From positions 5,590 to 69,589 of the forward strand of contig DHNC01000014.1 in assembly GCA_002406115.1 (NCBI GenBank): 64,000 bases of DNA, read 5' to 3'. This document shows, in pieces, positions 7,784-15,316 of this stretch (within the stretch, counting starts at the first letter, position 1; each line of letters starts with the position of its first letter). The DNA comes from Christensenella sp. UBA4626 (lineage in GTDB: Bacteria; Bacillota; Clostridia; Christensenellales; UBA1242). The notes below the pieces were generated by a model. That model saw only the letters and a list, made by a program, of their open reading frames with translations, did no database searches and was not told where the DNA came from. The translations under genes and the position numbers were made by a program.

Positions 7784-8290
7784 TTATTTATTTTTTAAAG
7801 ATTTTTCTAATTTTAAAAGTTCTATTTTATTTTTTATTCCGCCGCCATATCCAGTCAAATTTCCGTTTGCACCAATAACTCTATGACATGGAATAATCAA
7901 ACAAATTGGGTTCCAACCCACTGCTCCGCCAACTGCCTGAGCAGACATTTTTTTGATATTTAGCTTTACAGCAATCTGCTTTGCAATATCATTATAACTA
8001 ACCGTTTGCCCGTACGGAATTTTTTGCATAATTTCTGAAACCGAATCTCTAAAAGGTGTGGAATTATTCAACTTAAATTTTGGTGTGTGATTTGGAATTT
8101 TGCCAGCAAAATAATCATCTAACCACAGTTTTGTTTGTTCAAAGATTGGGACTGATTTTTCCTCACAATTTGCCGGAAATTTTTGGCAATCTTTTGACCC
8201 AACAAAGTACAATCCAACCAAACATTCTCCGTCGCTTATCATCACCATGTCATCAAATTGAGGTGGCGTTTTATAAAATAATTTAAACAT
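7784..8290 (-). CDS. ogt: methylated-DNA--protein-cysteine methyltransferase
   Basis: 168 aa with the active-site motif IPCHRVIGANG. Confidence 0.85.
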   Translation of the reverse strand: MFKLFYKTPPQFDDMVMISDGECLVGLYFVGSKDCQKFPANCEEKSVPIFEQTKLWLDDYFAGKIPNHTPKFKLNNSTPFRDSVSEIMQKIPYGQTVSYNDIAKQIAVKLNIKKMSAQAVGGAVGWNPICLIIPCHRVIGANGNLTGYGGGIKNKIELLKLEKSLKNK

Positions 8291-8305
8291 ATCTACAACC
8301 CAAAA

Positions 8306-9013
8306 TTAGTTTTGTGCCTCATTGAAATATGGTTTGAATGCAATGTTTATAGCAGTTCTGCCATCGCCTAAATCATCCGCACCGCTGTCGTCAATGCGAG
8401 TTATTGTTGGAATAGAAATTGTAACTGTATCAACAAATACACCGCTGATACCAAATATACTAATTTCCAGTCCGTCAAACAACGATTGCCCATTTTTGTT
8501 TTCATAAAGTTGAGCATCAAAAGTGCCTACATATATTAGTCCACTTTGATTATCGTTAGGCTTGATTTGATAAATCGAAGTAATGTCTTCTATAAGACCA
8601 TAATTGACATTATTGATTGTTATAATTTGTTCTTCTTTTGAGCCTATCTTAACAATAACGCCTGTGCAATAATTGGTCAAAATGTCGCCCGCTCTATTCT
8701 TTAAATTAGTGATAAATTGATCGGCTGTAACGTTTTCACCGCCAAGTGCGGAAAGGTCAGTGGTTATTCCATTTACAGTTGCTTCAGATAAGTTTAAGTT
8801 GGAGTATTGAGCCTTTAATAACTCCCCTTTTGCACTGCCACCATTCACTTCGGTTGCCAGATTGTTGAGAACAGTCCCTTGATAGGTGAAAGTTTTGCCC
8901 CATGCATATTTGATTGTTGGTGGTTCATCTCCGCCGCAAGCCGTGAGCAACACGGCAGGAATTGCAAGCAAAATTGCCAACACAAAATTTATTATCCAAT
9001 TTCTTTTTTTCAT
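8306..9013 (-). CDS. lipoprotein of unknown function
   Basis: The start is taken at the ATG at 9013 (SD ggaggg). Signal peptide with lipobox LLTAC-GG. No recognisable domain. Confidence 0.6.
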   Translation of the reverse strand: MKKRNWIINFVLAILLAIPAVLLTACGGDEPPTIKYAWGKTFTYQGTVLNNLATEVNGGSAKGELLKAQYSNLNLSEATVNGITTDLSALGGENVTADQFITNLKNRAGDILTNYCTGVIVKIGSKEEQIITINNVNYGLIEDITSIYQIKPNDNQSGLIYVGTFDAQLYENKNGQSLFDGLEISIFGISGVFVDTVTISIPTITRIDDSGADDLGDGRTAINIAFKPYFNEAQN

Positions 9014-9245
9014 ATTCCCTCCTAATTTGATTATAACATATATAAACACTTTTTCAAAATATTTGGTATTTAAATTTGCCTTGATTTATTTGCTGAATAA
9101 TGTCAAAAAAAATGTAATAAAATATTTGTCAAAATATGTATTTTTGCTAAAAATTTTTAAAAAATCATAAAAATTTAATAAAAAATAATAAAAAACACCC
9201 ATTTTGAGGGTATTTTTTAAAAATTATTTTAATATTTTTAAATTT

Positions 9246-9680
9246 TTACTCATGGTCGGCATGACAGCAACAAGCACCGTTTGGACAAAATTTTGCTTTG
9301 TCGTATTCAATATTATGTTTGTCGTAATAGTCTTTGATTGCCGCTTTTATTGCCTCTTCTGCCAAAACTGAGCAGTGAATTTTGTGTGTTGGCAAACCGT
9401 CCAATGCTTCCACAACCGCTTGATTTGTAAGTTCAAGTGCTTGGTTTAATGGTTTGCCTTTTATAAGTTCGGTTGCTATTGAACTTGTTGCAATTGCACT
9501 GCCACAACCAAAGGTCATAAATTTCACATCTGTTATTATGCCGTCATTGACCTTTATATACATACGCATGATGTCGCCGCATTTTGCATTGCCGACTTCA
9601 CCAACGCCATCTGGATTTTCCATTTCGCCAACATTGCGAGGATTGCGGAAATGATCCATAACTTTTTCACTATATAACAT
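9246..9680 (-). CDS. nifU: Fe-S cluster assembly scaffold NifU/IscU
   Basis: 144 aa with MLYSEKVMDHFRNPRNVG, GNAKCGD and FGCGSAIA motifs. Overlaps the nifS stop. Confidence 0.9.
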   Translation of the reverse strand: MLYSEKVMDHFRNPRNVGEMENPDGVGEVGNAKCGDIMRMYIKVNDGIITDVKFMTFGCGSAIATSSIATELIKGKPLNQALELTNQAVVEALDGLPTHKIHCSVLAEEAIKAAIKDYYDKHNIEYDKAKFCPNGACCCHADHE

Positions 9681-10866
9681 GATTTAATTCTCCTTTTTTT
9701 AGTTTATCCCAAACTGGGCTTATTGACCTTAAATACTCAACAATTTTCGGCACCTCTTCAATTGTTTTAGCAATCTCTTGCTCGGTGGTGAATTTGCTTA
9801 AAGTCAAACGCAAACTGCCGTGAGCAATTTCATGAGGAAGCCCAATTGCCAAAAGCACGTGGCTAGGGTCCAGTGAGCCGCTTGTACAAGCCGAACCGCT
9901 CGATGCGCAAATGCCTTTATCGTCCAGCAAAAGCAGCAGACTTTCGCCCTCAATCCCTTCAAACGACATATTGAAATTGTTAGGCAAACGATTTACGACA
10001 TCGCCATTTATCTTTGAATGTGGTATTTTGCCTAACCCCTCAAACAATTTGTTACGCAATTTTATTTCATGCTCGGTGGTTTCTACCATCTCTTTACAAG
10101 CCAAGTCAAGCGCCACACTCATGCCAACTATGCCAGGCAAATTTTCAGTGCCTGCACGTCGGTTTTTTTCTTGTGCTCCGCCATGAATAAAACTAAACAA
10201 TGGTGTGCCCTTTTTGCAATACAAGGCGCCAACCCCTTTTGGCCCGTGGAATTTGTGCCCAGACATACTGAGCATATCTATATTCATTTCCTTAACATCA
10301 ATAGGCAAATGCCCCACTGCTTGCACTGCATCAGTGTGGAATGTTACGTGTTTTTCGTGGCAAATTTTTCCGATTTCTTTTATCGGTTGGATTGAGCCAA
10401 TCTCGTTGTTTGCAAACATAATTGACACCAAACAAGTTTTGTCTGTAATGGCATTTTTGAGGTCTTCAATGTGGATTATTCCATTTTCGTACACCGGCAA
10501 ATAAGTCACCTCAAATCCCTGCTTTTGTTTTTCTTGCAAAGTGTGCAAAATTGCGTGATGTTCAAACTGAGAGGTTATGATATGATTTTTGCCTGTCAAC
10601 TTGCCAAATTTGCAAGCAGTTTCAATCGCCCAATTGTCGCTTTCGCTGCCGCCAGAGGTGAAATAAATTTCATCCGCATTAGCATTCAAACAATCTGCAA
10701 TCTTTTGCCTTGCTTGCTCCAAATGTTCTTTTGCCAACTGCCCAGCAGAGTGCAAACTGCTTGCATTGCCATAAATTTCATCAAAGTATGGAAGAATTGC
10801 GTTTTTAACCTCTTCCCTCACTTTTGTTGTGCCAGCGTTGTCAAGATATATTGTTGTTTTGTTCAT
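9670..10866 (-). CDS. nifS: cysteine desulfurase NifS/IscS
   Basis: 398 aa with SGHKFHGPKG (PLP lysine) and SSGSACTSG active-site loop. Confidence 0.9.
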   Translation of the reverse strand: MNKTTIYLDNAGTTKVREEVKNAILPYFDEIYGNASSLHSAGQLAKEHLEQARQKIADCLNANADEIYFTSGGSESDNWAIETACKFGKLTGKNHIITSQFEHHAILHTLQEKQKQGFEVTYLPVYENGIIHIEDLKNAITDKTCLVSIMFANNEIGSIQPIKEIGKICHEKHVTFHTDAVQAVGHLPIDVKEMNIDMLSMSGHKFHGPKGVGALYCKKGTPLFSFIHGGAQEKNRRAGTENLPGIVGMSVALDLACKEMVETTEHEIKLRNKLFEGLGKIPHSKINGDVVNRLPNNFNMSFEGIEGESLLLLLDDKGICASSGSACTSGSLDPSHVLLAIGLPHEIAHGSLRLTLSKFTTEQEIAKTIEEVPKIVEYLRSISPVWDKLKKGELNHVI

Positions 10867-10882
10867 TTTATCTCCATTTTAT

Positions 10883-10903
10883 TTCATACTGTTTTGGTAT
10901 GAA
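10883..10903. promoter_or_regulatory. palindrome TTCATAC-N7-GTATGAA upstream of nifS (putative Rrf2 operator or RNA hairpin)
   Basis: 7-bp arms that are perfect inverted repeats, ending 17 nt upstream of the nifS ATG. A near-identical site lies at 11357-11377. Confidence 0.5.
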
Positions 10904-10936
10904 TTGACCGTTTTTAAAAACGCCTTTGACGGCGTA

Positions 10937-11341
10937 TTAAAATTTTTTGTTAAGCAAATCTTCAAGAGTGATGCTGTTTAAATATTCCACAATCATGGCG
11001 TTGAGTTTTTCCCAACAACCGATGCTGTCGCACTTGGCGTACATCTGGCAATGTTGCCCCTTTTCCATGCATGGCGCAAGGCAAGGCAAGTCGTCCGTGG
11101 CTTTAAGGATTTGAGCAACTGTGTAATCTTTTGGCAACTTTTTAAGTTTGTATCCCCCAGCAGCGCCACGAGCACTTTCAATCAACTTGGCTTTGTTGAG
11201 CATTGAAATCACCTTTTCCAGATATTTGACAGAAATATTTTGTTTTTCGCTAAGTTCTGCAACCGAAACATTTTGCCCCGGATGCTTTGCAAGTTCTGCC
11301 ATTATCCTGACAGCATATCTGCCCTTTGAAGAAATTTTCAT
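10937..11341 (-). CDS. Rrf2-family transcriptional regulator (IscR/CymR-like)
   Basis: 134 aa with MKISSKGRYAVRIMAELA and a winged HTH. C-terminal Cys cluster CLAPCMEKGQHCQMYAKCDSIGC. Confidence 0.85.
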   Translation of the reverse strand: MKISSKGRYAVRIMAELAKHPGQNVSVAELSEKQNISVKYLEKVISMLNKAKLIESARGAAGGYKLKKLPKDYTVAQILKATDDLPCLAPCMEKGQHCQMYAKCDSIGCWEKLNAMIVEYLNSITLEDLLNKKF

Positions 11342-11356
11342 ATTTGCTCCATTTAA

Positions 11357-11377
11357 TTCATACTCAATTGGTATGAT
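11357..11377. promoter_or_regulatory. palindrome TTCATAC-N7-GTATGAt over the predicted TSS of the Rrf2 gene (putative autoregulatory operator)
   Basis: Same architecture as 10883-10903. It lies directly downstream of the -10 hexamer at 11381-11386. Confidence 0.5.
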
Positions 11378-11380
11378 TTT

Positions 11381-11409
11381 ATATTAAAACAAAAAAGTGG
11401 AAATGTCAA
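11381..11409 (-). promoter_or_regulatory. promoter of the Rrf2-nifS-nifU operon
   Basis: The minus strand reads TTGACA-17 nt-TAATAT. Confidence 0.55.
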
Positions 11410-11522
11410 CAGGTTTTGTTTGAATTTTTTAAAAAAAACTCCACGTATTATTGGTGGAATTTTTGTATATGATAAATACCAATTTTTACAATCAAAAGCA
11501 AAACATACTTGTTTTTAACCTT

Positions 11523-12371
11523 TTACTTTTCTTGGCAAGTATAGGTCAAAGGGAGGTTGTAAGTTTGCTCGTAAATATTTTTCCATAAATCAAAGTTGAG
11601 TTGTTTTAACTTCTCGATATTCTGTTTATCATCCAAATTTTGGTCTGCATAAATAGGTTTTTCAATATGCATTGTATAAATTTGAATAGGAAATCCGTCT
11701 GGCCCGATTTGTTCGCTATCTTGCATAGTCACAAACATAGGAATCACCGGAACATGGTTTTTGACGGCAAATCTAAACGCACCATTTTTAAGTGGTCTTG
11801 GTTTGCGATAGTTCCACCACATTGACTCTTCTGGATAAACAAGCACAAAATTGCCCTTTTGCAAAAGTTGATTTGTGGCACGCAAAAACTTTTTCATCGT
11901 TTCCTTATTTTGACTTAAAGGCAAAGTGTCACAATTGCGCATGATAGGCGCAAAACCTTCTGGCGGATTTGTGTAATTGCCTTCACGTATCACCTTGTAC
12001 ATACGTTTGTGTTTCATTTTTGCAGCCCTGAATGTTTGGTCAATCAAAAAACTGTCAATGGCACCAAAATGATTGCAGGTCACAATTGCACCGGTCGAAA
12101 CCGATTGAATATTTTCAAGCCCAACAATTTTTTCAAACCTAAACATCCCCGCTTTTTTGAGATTGTTAAGCATTTTGCCTGCCGCTTTGTATGTGAAATA
12201 TCTTTTGAGATTGTTAATCAATCCCCTTTTGAAATAGTCAATATCTTCCGGTTTAAGTTCGATTGTAGGCGGGTCGTTTTCCACATCCTTGTCAAAAATG
12301 CCGTTTTTTTCAAGTTCTTCAATCTTTTTTAAGACATCCAAACGGTCTTGTGCCTTTTTAATCTCTTCCAT
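11523..12371 (-). CDS. lysophospholipid (1-acyl-sn-glycerol-3-phosphate) acyltransferase family protein
   Basis: 282 aa with the HX4D motif CNHFGAIDSF and the VLVYPEE block. Confidence 0.75.
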   Translation of the reverse strand: MEEIKKAQDRLDVLKKIEELEKNGIFDKDVENDPPTIELKPEDIDYFKRGLINNLKRYFTYKAAGKMLNNLKKAGMFRFEKIVGLENIQSVSTGAIVTCNHFGAIDSFLIDQTFRAAKMKHKRMYKVIREGNYTNPPEGFAPIMRNCDTLPLSQNKETMKKFLRATNQLLQKGNFVLVYPEESMWWNYRKPRPLKNGAFRFAVKNHVPVIPMFVTMQDSEQIGPDGFPIQIYTMHIEKPIYADQNLDDKQNIEKLKQLNFDLWKNIYEQTYNLPLTYTCQEK

Positions 12372-12494
12372 AATTTCTCTCTTTTTCTACACTAAATTAT
12401 TACATAGAAACAATGTCTATTTTCCAATTATAACACAAATTTAAAATTTGACAGTAACAAAATATAAATTATTCATTGTTATATATTTAACAAT

Positions 12495-13535
12495 TTAAGC
12501 ATTGACTTTTTTTTCGCTATTCACAGCATAAGCGTTTTTAGAAGTAAATTTAACTAAATCTGATGCTTTTGGCGGATTTTTTTCAATTGATTTTTTAAAG
12601 TTGTTAGGATCAGCAACCACTGTCATAGAATATGAAATCATATTTGCAGCCGCAGCAAAATCATTTTGACGTTGTTCTTCGGTATACATATCTCTTTGCT
12701 TTAAAAGATATGTGTAATAATCTGTTTTTCTAGCCGCCTGCCAAAAATATTTATCAAACATTACATTATAATACTTCCAAGGTTTTTTAAACATATTATA
12801 ATGGACAATATGCAGGTCTTTCTCATCAAACTCATTATCCTCAACAGTCATTTTGTCCCAGCCTTTTTCCATGTAAAGTACTTTATTTTTACAAAGGAAA
12901 TTAAGATAGTCTTGGTCTGGACACATTGAACTAAACGGATAGTTATTTAGATAATAAATAAATTTATCTTCAATACTTTCCTTTCTAAATTCTTTTAAAT
13001 TCATAAGCAATATTCCAGAGTTGAAATATTTATCAGCATCAATACCGACCGCTTCTTGGACATAACTCTTAAACTGTTCATTTGAATTAGCCACTTCGTC
13101 GACCACTGCTCCGACAAGTTTATTGTTTAAATCTTTATTAAACATATTTGCAATGTTGTCAACTATCGCAATGTCACAATCCAAATAAATCGCTTTATCA
13201 AATTTTGGAAACAACGATGCTATAAAAATTCTATAATAAATTGATGGTGAATAATAGTCACGCAATTGTGCAACTAGTTTGTCACGAATTGATTTTATTT
13301 TATTGCTCACGTTTACAAATTTAATTTTAACATTTTTAGTTTCCATCTTTTTTAGTGCAAACATATTTTCAATCTTCAAATGTTCATTAAGCACATAAAC
13401 ACAAATTTTTTGTTTCAGTGGTGTTGTATCAATGAGCGACCTAATTGAAACCGCCAAATACGGCACATAATTATCATCCGATGAAAAGAAGACCGGAATG
13501 ATTTGATTTTGTTGATTGTCTTTTAATTTATTCAT
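12495..13535 (-). CDS. glycosyltransferase family 8 protein
   Basis: 346 aa with IPVFFSSDDNYVPYLAVSIRSL, the DxD motif YLDCDIAIV, NSGILLMNL and HYNMFKKPW. Confidence 0.8.
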   Translation of the reverse strand: MNKLKDNQQNQIIPVFFSSDDNYVPYLAVSIRSLIDTTPLKQKICVYVLNEHLKIENMFALKKMETKNVKIKFVNVSNKIKSIRDKLVAQLRDYYSPSIYYRIFIASLFPKFDKAIYLDCDIAIVDNIANMFNKDLNNKLVGAVVDEVANSNEQFKSYVQEAVGIDADKYFNSGILLMNLKEFRKESIEDKFIYYLNNYPFSSMCPDQDYLNFLCKNKVLYMEKGWDKMTVEDNEFDEKDLHIVHYNMFKKPWKYYNVMFDKYFWQAARKTDYYTYLLKQRDMYTEEQRQNDFAAAANMISYSMTVVADPNNFKKSIEKNPPKASDLVKFTSKNAYAVNSEKKVNA

Positions 13536-13996
13536 ATTATCCCCTTATAGTTTTTTATTTTGCTATATTTTGTTTTTTACAATGACGGTTTTCTTTTTCA
13601 CCTTCATTGTTGGACACATAATACAATTTGTTTACGCAAAAATTCAAGAGAGAATGCCAAAATCGGTTATAAACCCGACCGAGCAAGAAATAGAGCAGTT
13701 TTTGTCTTTTCTACTACGATTAAAACCACTCTCATAAAAGTAGAATAACCTTAAAATTCGCTCCACTACAATTAGAAAATTGCCAAAATTAGGCAGATTT
13801 ATACTTGTTTTTAAATTTTTTGTGGTAAAATCAAAAAAGTTGATATGGTTTTTATGTCTGATTTAAAAAATGTTTAAAAAAAAGAAAAAGAAAGTTGATG
13901 TTATCAAAAAAGACAAAAAAAATAAAAAAGTTGCCCTTGTTTAGGAGTAAAAAAATTGTATTTATTTGACAAAAACGGAAATTTGGCTAATTTTAT

Positions 13997-14025
13997 TTGC
14001 GTTTACGAATATTTTGTGATATAAT
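13997..14025 (+). promoter_or_regulatory. promoter of the SHOCT membrane-protein gene (extended -10)
   Basis: TTGCGT-17 nt-TATAAT with TGa immediately upstream of the -10. It leaves a ~145-nt leader. Confidence 0.5.
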
Positions 14026-14176
14026 GCCAGTATAAATTCATATCAATAGTTGGTTTCTTTTAGGGCTACATTATTGATTAAATTATTGGTCTTATATCAA
14101 TATTTGTGCGTTAATTTCCTTTTTTAGAGGATTTGCATCAATATTTGATTGTATCAATAATATTTGGAGGGAAAAT

Positions 14177-15007
14177 ATGGAAAAACAAAAAATGAGTCAT
14201 GAAAAACTCTATCGTTTGATTCAAACAATCGCAGTTATAGGTTTGTTTGCGTCGGTTGCGCTTGCAATCATGATGTCTTTCAAAGTGTTGCCTTATTCCA
14301 CCGCAACGCTTTCAATCGTTTTGGTTGTTTTGGTCATCAGTGCATCATGTATGATGGTTTTGCCTTGGGTTAAACAACTTTCAAAAGGCGAGTTTAAAAT
14401 ACTTTGCTATGTTATGTTTGGCGTGGCAGCAGCAAGTTGTATTTTGTGGACGGCTGATGTTATCGTGGGCGTAAATATGGTAAACACAATTCAAGATAGT
14501 TCTTCCGCCGCTGCCATTTCTCAACTTAGATTTTTAAAAGTAAGTTTGATACTTTCTTTCCAATTTATCGTTGCCTGCTCTGTTGCATCTTTTGTTGTTA
14601 AATATCGCAAAACCATGGTTGCTTTCCAAGTTATTACATACATCAGCAACTTGTATATCGACTTCTACGGTTCTTACGCTTTGGCGTGCATTAAAATCAC
14701 AAACGACGGTCTTTCATTTGTGGGCAGCACCGCATTTATCGGGAACAAATTTGCAATAATGTTTGCAGTTATGGCTTTGGCATTTGTTTCAATTTCAAAC
14801 GCAGTTATCCGCAGCATGGATAGACGTCGTCAACGTGAAGCCCTTGCCCCAGTGTTTGAAAGCCAAGAAAAACAAACCGCAGCAACTGCATTAAACGGCA
14901 AGTCTGTGCAAGAAAAATTGAAAGAACTTAAATCAATGCTTGACGACAAACTTATCACAGAGGAAGAATACGCAAAAAAGCGTGATGAACTTATCAATCA
15001 ACTTTAA
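14177..15007 (+). CDS. multi-pass membrane protein with a C-terminal SHOCT domain
   Basis: 276 aa with ~6 TM segments. The C-terminus is LKELKSMLDDKLITEEEYAKKRDELINQL (SHOCT signature). SD ggaggg. Confidence 0.65.
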   Translation: MEKQKMSHEKLYRLIQTIAVIGLFASVALAIMMSFKVLPYSTATLSIVLVVLVISASCMMVLPWVKQLSKGEFKILCYVMFGVAAASCILWTADVIVGVNMVNTIQDSSSAAAISQLRFLKVSLILSFQFIVACSVASFVVKYRKTMVAFQVITYISNLYIDFYGSYALACIKITNDGLSFVGSTAFIGNKFAIMFAVMALAFVSISNAVIRSMDRRRQREALAPVFESQEKQTAATALNGKSVQEKLKELKSMLDDKLITEEEYAKKRDELINQL

Positions 15008-15052
15008 TTACAATCGGCAAATATTTTGATTTATAATTATGGTGCCAAATTT

Positions 15053-15083
15053 AAAAAAGTCACTTAAAAATAGTGGCTTTTTT
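15053..15083 (+). terminator. intrinsic terminator
   Basis: aaaaaagtcac-ttaaaaata-gtggctttttt. Confidence 0.6.
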
Positions 15084-15316
15084 GTTGGCAATGCACACAA
15101 TTTTTTGCGGAAGCGAAATAAATCCATTTATAACAAAATTAAGGTTTGCGTAAAAATTAAACAATCCAATGGTCATATTGACATACTTTTAAAAAGAATG
15201 TGACAATATTCAATCCAATCTTTAAAGTTATATCTATGATATAAAGTTCAAATCGCTAGACAAATTTTTATTAGTTTGTTAAAATATGGAAAGTATTTAA
15301 AAAAGGATATTTTTTT

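Noticed and set aside
13870-13944. 24-codon lysine-rich mini-ORF (MFKKKKKKVDVIKKDKKNKKVALV) in the 640-bp GT8 / SHOCT-gene spacer.
   Set aside because: It is a translation of an A-tract region with no SD, most likely compositional. The long spacer itself remains unexplained.
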